Counted from the stretch's first letter, positions 8,378-17,428 are shown. The stretch: DNA of 17,562 nucleotides from Oligoflexales bacterium (GCA_041736175.1 JBGSUI010000081.1:1-17562); one strand, 5' to 3'. Numbers and translations: made by a program. The notes: generated by a model from the sequence alone, not told the origin.

Positions 8378-8534
8378 GGGGCGCCGGTCTTAAACAGGTT
8401 CGACCTGGCCTTAATAAAGGTCTAATAAATAAATTATTTTGAGATGATAGCCCATTTTGGGGACCCCCAAAATATTTATCCACTAGCCGTAGGACATGGT
8501 AATCTGGTGAGAAGCAACCGAGGAGTCGCCCCCT

Positions 8535-9473
8535 GTGAAGAGATCTCAGATGACTCTATTTTTAAAAACCCCGCTCACCCCCCATTTAGGGCGATGGGTA
8601 CTGGCCCTTATGGGGGCTCACTTAGCCCTAAGCCATCCCAGTCTAGCCGCCAACGCTCCCAAAAAGAGCGGAACCAAAACCCTGCCGCCATCGTGGAAGG
8701 TTTCCCCCCAAAAAACCTCCCCTCCCACCCGGCGAAAGCCCCCTTGGTATGTTCCCAAAGTAACCCTAGGCACAGGCCTTAACTTTCCGGAAATCATCCC
8801 CATCGAAGCCACCTTGCTGTTTGGAGATCACTGGGGTCTTCGGTTTTTTTGGTCGCCCCCGCTCCCTTTTAAAGCTCGGGTAGACATGCCTTCGGACGTG
8901 ATCAGCACGAAAAAAGGTCTCGGAGTCGCCAATCCCGAGTTTACCATCAACCTCGACGCTCGCTATGGACCACAGATGGGTTTTGAAACCATGGTTTTTC
9001 CTGGCGGGGGAAGTTTCTATATGGCGGGAGGACTCTCCACCCGCTCCATGACCTTAGCTGGAGTCGCCCAGTCGCGGGTCCTTGTCTGCTCTCTGATCGA
9101 AGCGGCTAAAGATCCCCCCTGCGGCAATCCTGATGCAAGGCTTGAAACCCAGACAGAACTTAAAATCAAGGCTGAGGTCAGCAGCACCGCCACCCTAGCT
9201 AGAGCTGCGGTGGGCAGCTTTTGGCATATTGGTGAGGTGGGGTATCTGAATTTTATGTTGGGGTTTACATCGCCTTTAGGGGTCAAACGAAGCTCCAATG
9301 TCGTAGCCACCCTCGAGACCCCTGCCTTAGCAGACTCAGAAATCACCGGTGCCCTTGCAGAAATCAAAAAAGAAAAGGAGGTGGACTTGGAAAAAAAGGC
9401 CCTGCGGGAACTCCGCCCGGTTGACGAAAGAATCCTTCCTCTTATAGGTTTAACCATGGGAGTTAGGCTATGA
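8535..9473 (+). CDS. Secreted protein, probable outer-membrane beta-barrel
   Basis: RBS aggag at 8521 and GTG start; signal peptide ending PSLA-A; alternating amphipathic strands; C-terminal strand LPLIGLTMGVRL. Confidence 0.65.
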   Translation: MKRSQMTLFLKTPLTPHLGRWVLALMGAHLALSHPSLAANAPKKSGTKTLPPSWKVSPQKTSPPTRRKPPWYVPKVTLGTGLNFPEIIPIEATLLFGDHWGLRFFWSPPLPFKARVDMPSDVISTKKGLGVANPEFTINLDARYGPQMGFETMVFPGGGSFYMAGGLSTRSMTLAGVAQSRVLVCSLIEAAKDPPCGNPDARLETQTELKIKAEVSSTATLARAAVGSFWHIGEVGYLNFMLGFTSPLGVKRSSNVVATLETPALADSEITGALAEIKKEKEVDLEKKALRELRPVDERILPLIGLTMGVRL

Positions 9474-10054
9474 ACCAAGTTTATCAGCCATCGTCTATTC
9501 ATCCTCGACATCACCAAACCATTGGTGACGGGCTCCCAGAGACTTTGCTTAACGATGGCAGCGGAATCTCCACGTTGAGTTTTCAGGGAGGAATTTTTAC
9601 TTCCCAGTTGGGATCCAAAGTCAGCCTCTTTCGAAACGATGAGTTTATCGAAAAACTCAACCAACAGCTTCGCTACGAGCTGGGTGCCGTCGGGACCTAT
9701 AGCCGGTTAGTCCACAAATCCATCGCATCCGATCTGAGCCAGGAGCTGATCACGGCACACCAAAAAGCAAGCCGCGAGCTATGCTGTATCATCATCTCCC
9801 ACCATGGCCTCCCGGATAAAGAGCCCGCACCGATCTTTAAGGTGACGGGTACGATGATCGACCTTTTGACCCAGCTCTCCTTAAGTCCAAAAATCCTTAT
9901 CCTATCCCTGAGCAATTTCGAACAGCATATGAGTCGACGCTACCGCAATCTTATCCTTGTGGCTCCCGAACAAGACCGCCACACTCTTATCGAGCTCAAA
10001 CGCCTGTCCCGCAAAAACCGGTCCCTTTTGCGCAAGTCTTTTCGGGCAAGGTGA
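9470..10054 (+). CDS. Ferritin-like four-helix-bundle protein (DUF2383/PA2169-like)
   Basis: IEKLNQQLRYELGAVGTY…HQKASREL…LSNFEQHMSRRY helical pattern; ATGA overlap with the upstream stop. The true start could be later. Confidence 0.6.
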   Translation: MNQVYQPSSIHPRHHQTIGDGLPETLLNDGSGISTLSFQGGIFTSQLGSKVSLFRNDEFIEKLNQQLRYELGAVGTYSRLVHKSIASDLSQELITAHQKASRELCCIIISHHGLPDKEPAPIFKVTGTMIDLLTQLSLSPKILILSLSNFEQHMSRRYRNLILVAPEQDRHTLIELKRLSRKNRSLLRKSFRAR

Positions 10055-10057
10055 GCC

Positions 10058-11140
10058 TTAAATCCCAGGGACGTAACTCATTATTAGGCATTGTTTAGTG
10101 TAGGTATGCAGTTCATCAAAAGTGCATGTCATAACCGTATACCTAGTATTTAGTACGATATCGTAGTCGATCTTTGATGTTTCTGCCCCCATTAGAAAAA
10201 TCCGCTCGTTATTAATTAAAGTTCCAGGAGTATACTGCATCCCATCCGTTGGGTTAAAGTTGACGGTATCTGACCCTGGGGCCCCTCTTACGACAAGAAT
10301 ACCTTTCGCGGGTCCAATGGTATAAACCCAGTCATACCTAATCGATGGCGGCGTGGACTGAAGGCTTAGGAAAGAAACCCGTTGGATGCCATTGATCGCT
10401 GCATTATCACGTACCGTACAGACCTCCGTCTGGACCTTGTAGGTTTTACAGTCTGGACGGTAGGACGTCGTTAGGATGCCTTTATACTGACCGCCATAGG
10501 TATATTCCAGCTCAATACTTGAATTTTGCAAATCGGTGGTCGAAAGCGCTGTGATGCCCTCAAAAACATAGGATACGTGGGAATCGGGACTACTAGCGGG
10601 ACCATTAGGAGTTTTGGTGATGATAGGTGCCACCAACCCTTCGTTACTGGATTTAAAACGCCAAACTCCCGTGGCCAAAAGTAGGGGATCATCGGTTTTG
10701 ACCCCATTTTTTTCGACCCGACAGTTGATCCCAACACCCGTGGCTGTAGCCAGTGGTAAATTGCAAGCTAAGTACATGCCGGTTATGTTTTCAGGCGGCT
10801 GTGGAATATCGGCCGGACCTGGGTTGCCTTGTGCATCACCTCCGGACACTGTCGGCGGTGCATCAGAGGCACTTCCTGGTTTTTGTGCGGCTGTCCCCGA
10901 AGTCGGTTCTTTGGTGACCACGGCAGCCGCTCCCTTTGCCCCAGGCTTGGCTGCTGCAGCTTCCTGATCCTGATTTTTTGTGTCCCGGTCTGCCTTACGG
11001 TCAACCGACCCATTTTGAGAGTCCATAGAGGTAATACTAGGCCCATCACAACGGAATAGGAGGATAGGACAACCCAATATAAAGATTTTAGTAAGGTACT
11101 GGTTAAATAATTTCATAAATATTCTCGGTAAATTTTTCAA
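10058..11140 (-). CDS. Probable lipoprotein with a low-complexity linker and a C-terminal FN3-like domain
   Basis: GGAGGAG RBS before TTG 11140 (alternative ATG 11116); lipobox-like ILLFRC; Ala/Pro/Gly linker; Cys-containing middle domain; C-terminal GILVVR…PTDGMQYTPG…TSKID…TRY resembles an FN3-like module. Confidence 0.7.
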   Translation of the reverse strand: MKNLPRIFMKLFNQYLTKIFILGCPILLFRCDGPSITSMDSQNGSVDRKADRDTKNQDQEAAAAKPGAKGAAAVVTKEPTSGTAAQKPGSASDAPPTVSGGDAQGNPGPADIPQPPENITGMYLACNLPLATATGVGINCRVEKNGVKTDDPLLLATGVWRFKSSNEGLVAPIITKTPNGPASSPDSHVSYVFEGITALSTTDLQNSSIELEYTYGGQYKGILTTSYRPDCKTYKVQTEVCTVRDNAAINGIQRVSFLSLQSTPPSIRYDWVYTIGPAKGILVVRGAPGSDTVNFNPTDGMQYTPGTLINNERIFLMGAETSKIDYDIVLNTRYTVMTCTFDELHTYTKQCLIMSYVPGI

Positions 11141-11320
11141 TTTTTGCTCCTCCCCTGTTGTTAAAGGTTTCGGATCAATCAAAAATAATATTGAGCCGTG
11201 TTAAAAAATAAATAATATATCCAATATTTATGGATATTTACACATATTTTTTATTCCTTTATTAAACACCTTAGCGTAATAGGACCGGCACACCATCCTA
11301 AGACGACTTAACCTGGTACA

Positions 11321-13348
11321 TCAGGGACTCCCTGTAAATTTAAACCAAACCACACTAATATCATCGTTAGACTTGCGTCCGGTTTTTTCAGTTTCGATCT
11401 GCCATAGAAAATCATTAAGAGCCTTAGGTTTGGCCGCGAAGGGGAGATGATTGGTGCTAAAGAATTTTTTAAGTTGCCGATGGCTGCGACTTCGGGTCAT
11501 TCCATCGGTATAGCAAATGATCTCGCTTCCGGGTTGGATGTGTTGTGAAATCATCTGTGGATGAAGAGATTCAACCATACCAATCGGATTTGATTGGGTT
11601 GAAAAATACGAAATAGTTTTGTCATTAGGATCCTTAGGGGTGAGCAGGATGGGTGGGGGATGACCGCAAACAGTGCAGTAGACCAAAGCAGCTTTCAGAT
11701 CAAAAGTGAAACCAACCATAGTGACAAGTTGAGTTCCGCCGCTATTTTTAAAGACTATACTATTGGTATCGTCAATAAAGGTCAGGATAAATGTCTCACT
11801 CTCTAAGGTTTTTGGGGACTTTCGCTCTAGCATCGAAAACACAGTCTTAGCCACAGATACTGTCAGCGTCGCCTGGACACCGTGTCCCGCCACATCCACA
11901 AGGACAAAGTGCCGGAGATGGCCGCTCGCTGAGCTTGCAAAGGCGTACCAGTCGCCCCCTCCCTCGGTATAGGGCAGGTGAAAGTCAGCGATCCCAACCC
12001 CGTCCCACACAGGAGGCTTACTCGGGCGAAAGACCCGTGCCTGTTCGGAGACCTCCATAAGCTCTGAACGGTCCCGTTTGGCAAGCACCTCCCGTATACG
12101 AGTCTTATGGGCAAAACTGGTCAGGGAACACCCCCACAGACTCAACATCGGCATGATAACCGGAATCACAAAATCAAGGACCAGAAAGCAAAAGTGACCA
12201 GTCGCCAAAAAGGCAAAAGTCGTGACCACTAAAACCGTGGCAAACACCACTAAGGGAGCAAAGGCTCCAAGCCATATTCCGGCGACACCTAAAACCAACA
12301 CGAGGAGCCATGGCTGCTGGAACACTCCAAGCCAGGGCGTACCTAAAACACTGTTTACAAGGGACACCTGAACCAAGCCGCCAGGAATGGTCCCGACAGG
12401 TGATTTATGGAAATCTGTAGAACCCGTATACATACCTGGTAGGATCACCACGGTATCTCCAGGAGATACCTCCTTGGCCCTCAAGTCGGCTTGTGGTAAG
12501 GCGAGCATCGAGCCGAGACGGTAGCTAGAGGAATAGATTTCACTGGGCCAAATAAAATTAACCGGAATTCTGCCGTTTCTATCGATGCCGACCGGTCGAC
12601 CATCCACGGCAAAAACCCCATCGCTAAAGTATCTCTCTCGGGCAGCAAGCAATGGCAATGCGGGCACATATCGGTGATCGCCAAAGGCAAGAAACGCCTC
12701 GACTCGTCCCATCTCGTCATAGTGAAGGTGCCCTGATCCAGCAAAGATCGGCGCTAGCTCAGGGTGAGGACCGTACACAAACCAGCCCTGGTAGTCCCGT
12801 GGCGAGGGCAAGGGCGCGTTGTCGCTTCGCACTGCGGCAAGGTTATAGAGGGGGCGATCCAGGTTAAGGGGGCTACGCCATTGTTGTCGATTAGGTAGGG
12901 CGAAGGACCCCACATAGATCGGGGTTTTTATGGCTTTTAGGCGAAGTAGCAATTCTGCTTTATGATCGAAAGGATCGGACACTATGCCAAAGATTTTGTC
13001 GATAAGAATCGCCTGCGGACCCCGTCTATCGATTGCTTCAAGTGCATGAACCCAGTCGTCCATGGTTAGGTCGGGGCGCTGCAAACGGGCCACGCTGTCG
13101 TCGTCAAAGACATAGACTTTAAGGCGGCTAGACATTTTAGGGCTGCGTCCCAAGATATGGCGTGATTCAAAAAAAAGCCGCATTGTGATCGTCGATTCCA
13201 GGGAATCAGCAGCACCTAAGATATCCAAAAGGAGCACAAAGGCTCCGACCAGCCCAGCTAAACAAATCCCGCCAAATCGGCCCCAATGCTGCCTAAAACG
13301 ATCGACAACAGATCTTATAAACCAACGAGGGAGAATCGATTTATTCAT
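11321..13348 (-). CDS. CHASE2 sensor with transmembrane helices and a SpoIIE/PP2C-type Ser/Thr phosphatase
   Basis: N-terminal TM; CHASE2-like motifs (VYVFDDDS, PQAILIDKIF, DFHKSPVGTIPGGLVQ); three TM helices; PP2C motifs GGDWY, VDVAGHG, GHPPP, YTDG, DDISVV. Confidence 0.92.
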   Translation of the reverse strand: MNKSILPRWFIRSVVDRFRQHWGRFGGICLAGLVGAFVLLLDILGAADSLESTITMRLFFESRHILGRSPKMSSRLKVYVFDDDSVARLQRPDLTMDDWVHALEAIDRRGPQAILIDKIFGIVSDPFDHKAELLLRLKAIKTPIYVGSFALPNRQQWRSPLNLDRPLYNLAAVRSDNAPLPSPRDYQGWFVYGPHPELAPIFAGSGHLHYDEMGRVEAFLAFGDHRYVPALPLLAARERYFSDGVFAVDGRPVGIDRNGRIPVNFIWPSEIYSSSYRLGSMLALPQADLRAKEVSPGDTVVILPGMYTGSTDFHKSPVGTIPGGLVQVSLVNSVLGTPWLGVFQQPWLLVLVLGVAGIWLGAFAPLVVFATVLVVTTFAFLATGHFCFLVLDFVIPVIMPMLSLWGCSLTSFAHKTRIREVLAKRDRSELMEVSEQARVFRPSKPPVWDGVGIADFHLPYTEGGGDWYAFASSASGHLRHFVLVDVAGHGVQATLTVSVAKTVFSMLERKSPKTLESETFILTFIDDTNSIVFKNSGGTQLVTMVGFTFDLKAALVYCTVCGHPPPILLTPKDPNDKTISYFSTQSNPIGMVESLHPQMISQHIQPGSEIICYTDGMTRSRSHRQLKKFFSTNHLPFAAKPKALNDFLWQIETEKTGRKSNDDISVVWFKFTGSP

Positions 13349-13355
13349 CCTCTAG

Positions 13356-13382
13356 GGATCGGCTGTATAGATCCTTTCTTGA
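13356..13382 (-). promoter_or_regulatory. Candidate sigma28 promoter for the CHASE2 phosphatase
   Basis: Minus strand TCAA-N15-GCCGATCC. It is very close to ATG 13348, so the mRNA would be near-leaderless or the real start is later. Confidence 0.45.
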
Positions 13383-13526
13383 GGAGCGGTTGACTGCGAC
13401 CGCCCCATTTTTAAGCAATCCAAAAATGGCCACCTAGGGCATTTACGAACCTGCTCGTACGTCCATTTTTAAAGGCTGCAAATAGCCAACTTATCAATCT
13501 GCAATCATTGATTTAATAGGATTTGT

Positions 13527-13553
13527 TTAAGTCGGCATAAATTTCACCGAGAT
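13527..13553 (+). promoter_or_regulatory. Candidate sigma28 promoter for the fibre gene
   Basis: TTAA-N15-ACCGAGAT, about 90 bp upstream of ATG 13642. Confidence 0.4.
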
Positions 13554-13641
13554 GAGATCTATATCGCTGAGGGGTACGGCTGTTAGACGGCGACATAAAG
13601 CTAAAAATGATGGAAATAATTAAAACATAAAGGAGTTTGCT

Positions 13642-15789
13642 ATGAAACCGAGGACATCTTCCCGCTATAGAGCGGATCGAGATTTGAAAAAGTTCATTGG
13701 CCAGTTGGTCCTAGGTTGCGCCTTTCTATCCCATCCCGCTTTTGCTGCAGATCCCTACGTTATAAGCTATGGCGGCCGTTTGGCGACTCCTTCGGGGGAC
13801 GCGGTCAAGGGTCCGGTGGATCTTGAAATCAAATTTTATCGGGATGCCGCTGGAGGCACAAACCTCCCCGTGAGCCCGATCGTAAAACGAGGGGTTGTCC
13901 TCAATGACGGAGTCTTTCTTGTGGATCTTGGGGAGCTATCGGCTGCCGAAATGCACCTGGTTTTTTCCCCCAGCCTTGCCACCTGGGTCGAAGTGATGGA
14001 TACCACAAGTCGCACCACCTACCCGCGGCAAAAATTGTCCGCCGTGCCCTATGCCTTTAAGGTACCGACCGATCAGGCGGCCATCACCTTTGACGGCGAC
14101 GGACGGTTGACTGTCGGGTCGATTCCCATCTCTAAGGTGTCGGGCCTGGATGCTGCCCTAGCCCAAAAAGGCGACTCCAGCAGAACCTTTGCCGTACCCG
14201 ATATTAACGGGCTTGCTTCGGCACTTGCAGGTAAAGCCGCCCTTGATGCTACCTTAACGGGGGATGTGGCGGGTACCCTTTCGACAACGAGCGTCAACAA
14301 GATCCGCGGGTATACTGTGGTCACACCTACCGCTGCCAACACTTTTTTAAACTTTGACGGGACCAGTTTGGTTTGGTCACCTGTGAGTGCGGCAGGAGTT
14401 GTTTCTGCCACATCAGGGACAATCGGCGGCACCACAGCGATGGACACCTCGGGAACGGTCGCAGGTGCTGGCAATTTTGTGGTTAAAGGCGACGGCACCA
14501 ACACCACGGAACTACGCTTTAACGACGGCGATAATAGCAACTACGTCGGCTTAAGGTCTCCTGCCAATGTCACCACCAACAGAGTCTGGACCTTGCCGGC
14601 AGACGATGGAACTTCAGGACAGGTTCTTTCTACTAATGGCAGTGGAGTCCTCGGATGGGCGACCAATGGTTCAGGTATACCACCAGGCACTGCGGGGGGA
14701 ATCGCTTACTATGCCACAACGACCACCTTAGGTTCTTCCGCAGCTCTTACCACAAACGGGGTGATGTTGGGTGGTGGTGCAGGTGCCCCCACGGCGACGG
14801 GAGCTGGGGCGGCCTACCAGCCACTTCGTGTCCCTAGTGGCGGCGGTGCTCCGGTGTTTGGGGCCTTGGATTTGTCCCAGTCGGCGGCAGTCACCAACTC
14901 TTTGCCAGTGGCCAACGGCGGTACTGGCGGCACAAACCAAGCCACGGGACGCGCTGGTCTCGGGGCAGCAGCCTCGGGGGCTAACTCCGATATCACCTCA
15001 CTAACCGGCCTGAGCACACCGCTGAGCGTGGCTCAAGGGGGGACAGGGGCGACGAGTTTTACGGCGAAAGGGATGCTCTATGGAGCCGGGTCAACAGCCA
15101 TCTCAGCCACAGCGGCTGGAACTCAATACCAAGTCTTTCAAGCAGGGTCAGGTGGAGTTCCCATGGTTGGTGCACTCAACCTCGCCCAGTCGGCGGCAAC
15201 CACTGGAACCTTACCGGTGGACCGTGGGGGGACTGGTGGGACTAGCTTTCCAGCCAATAACCTGCTTCTCGGAAGCGGGACCAGCGCTTTTCTGACTGTG
15301 GCTCCAGGAGTGAGTGGCCAAGTCTTGACCTCTGATGGCACCACATGGATCAGTACTATACCCCCTGCTGGACCTTGGACTGATGCGGGGCCAAATATTT
15401 ATAGGTCTTCTGGAAATGTTGGCATTGGCATCAGCGTTCCCACCACAAAGTTGCAGGTAGCCGGAACGATTTCATCTTCACCGGCAACCACCATGACTCC
15501 ATCAGGCACGGCCCAAACGATTGATCTCTCCAGCAGCAATTCCCATATTCTCCATTTAGGCAGTGCCACCGGAACGGTCACCGTTACATTGTCTAATCCC
15601 TCGGCGGGCGCTGTTTATCTTATATCGCTGGTCCAGGGGGCCACCCCCCGTTCCATCTCCTGGCCCGGCACTGTGAAGTGGCAAGATGGCACCGCCGCCG
15701 TCCTGTCGGGAGCTAATGCAACCGATCTCATCACGCTTTACTATAATGGGACCAATTACTTTGCGATTGCTACAAAAAACTTTTATTAG
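13642..15789 (+). CDS. Secreted phage-tail-fibre-like adhesin, resembling Bdellovibrio mosaic adhesive trimer (MAT) fibres, without a C-terminal S74 chaperone
   Basis: RBS aaggag; signal peptide (…HPAFA|ADP); N-terminal ISYGGRL…DLEIKFY…GVFLV domain; phage tail repeats (ISKVSGLDAALAQK, DINGLASALAGK); three LxVxxGGTG motifs; GQVLxxxG..W motifs; GNVGIG…KLQVAG; C-terminal beta-sandwich with SISWPGTVKW…DLITLYYNGTNYF. Confidence 0.85.
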   Translation: MKPRTSSRYRADRDLKKFIGQLVLGCAFLSHPAFAADPYVISYGGRLATPSGDAVKGPVDLEIKFYRDAAGGTNLPVSPIVKRGVVLNDGVFLVDLGELSAAEMHLVFSPSLATWVEVMDTTSRTTYPRQKLSAVPYAFKVPTDQAAITFDGDGRLTVGSIPISKVSGLDAALAQKGDSSRTFAVPDINGLASALAGKAALDATLTGDVAGTLSTTSVNKIRGYTVVTPTAANTFLNFDGTSLVWSPVSAAGVVSATSGTIGGTTAMDTSGTVAGAGNFVVKGDGTNTTELRFNDGDNSNYVGLRSPANVTTNRVWTLPADDGTSGQVLSTNGSGVLGWATNGSGIPPGTAGGIAYYATTTTLGSSAALTTNGVMLGGGAGAPTATGAGAAYQPLRVPSGGGAPVFGALDLSQSAAVTNSLPVANGGTGGTNQATGRAGLGAAASGANSDITSLTGLSTPLSVAQGGTGATSFTAKGMLYGAGSTAISATAAGTQYQVFQAGSGGVPMVGALNLAQSAATTGTLPVDRGGTGGTSFPANNLLLGSGTSAFLTVAPGVSGQVLTSDGTTWISTIPPAGPWTDAGPNIYRSSGNVGIGISVPTTKLQVAGTISSSPATTMTPSGTAQTIDLSSSNSHILHLGSATGTVTVTLSNPSAGAVYLISLVQGATPRSISWPGTVKWQDGTAAVLSGANATDLITLYYNGTNYFAIATKNFY

Positions 15790-15792
15790 CCT

Positions 15793-15827
15793 ATTATTGT
15801 CATAACATGCTAATTTTATGCAATAAT
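15793..15827. other. AT-rich stem-loop immediately after the fibre stop codon
   Basis: attattg-t-cataa (15793-15805) pairs with ttatg-caataat (15816-15827): 12-bp stem with one bulge. Confidence 0.45.
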
Positions 15828-15853
15828 TATCCATCTCCCACAGTCGCAGCAAC

Positions 15854-15882
15854 TTGACGGATTGGGGTTTATCCCCGATAAT
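15854..15882 (+). promoter_or_regulatory. Candidate sigma70 promoter for the RCC1 gene
   Basis: TTGACG-N17-GATAAT, about 60 bp upstream of ATG 15944. Confidence 0.5.
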
Positions 15883-15943
15883 TTTGAAACCATTACATTC
15901 CATAAGACGATTTTGTAACCAGCAAACGCAAAGGGCTAAACCA

Positions 15944-17428
15944 ATGACCGATGAGACCAAGCCCGGGAGCGCACCCGCCGATTCATCCGTTGAGTCCCCG
16001 GTCGACCCCGATAAAGCCGAAGGGGGGGTATCCCGCCGCGACCTCCTCGCTGCCGTACCGCCGGTTGTGGGTGGCCTCGCTTTTTTCGGACCGCCATATG
16101 ACAAAAGCCATGGTTTCTATGAAATGTTTTTTATGCAGGGCGCCAAATCCCCCCTGAATGGCCAAGAAGGTCTCTGGTTTTGTGGATCCAACGCCTATGG
16201 CCAACTGGGTCTGGGGGACACCGTAGATCGCAGCCACCCCGTGCAAACCGGGACCGCCCATCGATGGAAAGAGGTGGCGGTCGGAGGCTCCTTCACCCTC
16301 GCCAGGCGCGCTGACGGGACCCTTTGGTCCTTTGGAAACAACTATGCCGGCCAGCTAGGTCTTGGGGATACCACCAATCGTAGCGGTCCTACACAGGTAG
16401 GGAGTCTTAGCAGCTGGAGCCGACTAGCTTTGGGTTCCGAACATGCTGCAGTTCTACGCAATCATGGGACCCTTTGGACCTTTGGATTGAACAATGATGG
16501 GCAGCTAGGAATCGTAACGATGCCAAATCAAAGCAATCCCGTCCAGGTGGGGACCCTGAGCTCCTGGAGTGGAGTTGCAGCGGGACGTCACCATACAATC
16601 GGGGTGAGAACTGACGGAACCCTTTGGACTTTTGGAGGCAACACTTGGGGTCAGCTAGGCTTAGGCGACACGAATTCCCGCCAAAGTCCCTTTCAGGTGG
16701 GGTCCTTAAGCAACTGGAGTGAGGTGGCAGCAGGATACCTCCATACCGTCGCCCTGCGTAAGGATAGAACCCTATGGGCTTGGGGACAAAACTCCTATGG
16801 CCAACTAGGCAAAGGAGACGCTATTCCAAAGAGCAGCCCGGTCCAGGTAGGCACACAAAGTGTCTGGAGCAGTATAGCTGTAGGAAAATTCCATACTATG
16901 GCCCTCCGCACCGATGGCACCCTATGGGCATTTGGAAAAAATCTTGAGGGTCCTTTGGGCAACGGGACTTCAGTTAATCATAGTAGCCCCGTTCAGGTCG
17001 GAAATCTAAGTAGCTGGACCGAAGTGGCCGCAGGTCACGAACATACCGTAGCCTTAAGAAACAACGGCACCCTTTGGACTTTTGGGTCCAACACTTTGGG
17101 CCAACTAGGCCTAGGGGACACCAACTCCAGGAGCAGCCCCGTCCAATCCATGGCCCTATCCCCTTGGGCCCGCATCATTGCTGGCGGTGACCAAACGGTT
17201 GCCAACACCACACCAGAAATCTCCGACACCTCAGGCACCCTATGGTCCATTGGCCAAAACAATTTTGGCCAACTTGGACTTGGAGATACCACTCTCCGCA
17301 GCAGTCCCATTCAAGTAGGCACCCTAAGCACCTGGAGTCAGCTGGCCGGAGGCCAGATTTATACTGTCGGCTTAAGGACCGACGGGACTCTGTGGGCTTT
17401 TGGGCTTAATACCAATGGCCAGCTATAG
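15944..17428 (+). CDS. Tat-signal RCC1/BLIP-II beta-propeller protein; one complete 7-blade propeller plus a truncated second propeller
   Basis: ATG 15944 with aaggg RBS; SRRDLL twin-arginine motif (16031-16048) then a hydrophobic stretch. Blades start at 16169, 16316, 16466, 16616, 16766, 16916 and 17066; after a 6-aa insert, at 17234 and 17384. The last blade ends after 14 aa (NGQL-stop). Confidence 0.88.
   Translation: MTDETKPGSAPADSSVESPVDPDKAEGGVSRRDLLAAVPPVVGGLAFFGPPYDKSHGFYEMFFMQGAKSPLNGQEGLWFCGSNAYGQLGLGDTVDRSHPVQTGTAHRWKEVAVGGSFTLARRADGTLWSFGNNYAGQLGLGDTTNRSGPTQVGSLSSWSRLALGSEHAAVLRNHGTLWTFGLNNDGQLGIVTMPNQSNPVQVGTLSSWSGVAAGRHHTIGVRTDGTLWTFGGNTWGQLGLGDTNSRQSPFQVGSLSNWSEVAAGYLHTVALRKDRTLWAWGQNSYGQLGKGDAIPKSSPVQVGTQSVWSSIAVGKFHTMALRTDGTLWAFGKNLEGPLGNGTSVNHSSPVQVGNLSSWTEVAAGHEHTVALRNNGTLWTFGSNTLGQLGLGDTNSRSSPVQSMALSPWARIIAGGDQTVANTTPEISDTSGTLWSIGQNNFGQLGLGDTTLRSSPIQVGTLSTWSQLAGGQIYTVGLRTDGTLWAFGLNTNGQL

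Noticed and set aside
13405..13472. ccattttt/aaaaatgg inverted repeat and ccatttttaa direct repeat in the divergent promoter region
   Set aside because: Short and low-complexity; they could be operators but cannot be told apart from chance.
13642..15789. Prophage or tailocin
   Set aside because: There are no capsid, terminase, baseplate, sheath or integrase genes, and the fibre has a Sec signal peptide.
15854..15943. ORF-track TTG start of the right RCC1 gene
   Set aside because: It overlaps a sigma70-like promoter; ATG 15944 has an RBS and puts the RR motif at a plausible distance.
1532..17310. The many short alternative-frame and antisense ORFs in the track (e.g. 2712-3107, 6293-6805, 9017-9664, 14073-14540, 15556-16104)
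   Set aside because: They are nested in or antisense to well-supported genes and have no independent coding signal.
15944..17428. Right RCC1 gene as the DGR template for the left repeats
   Set aside because: Its blades differ from the left repeats at many non-adenine and silent positions, and it is an ordinary coding gene.
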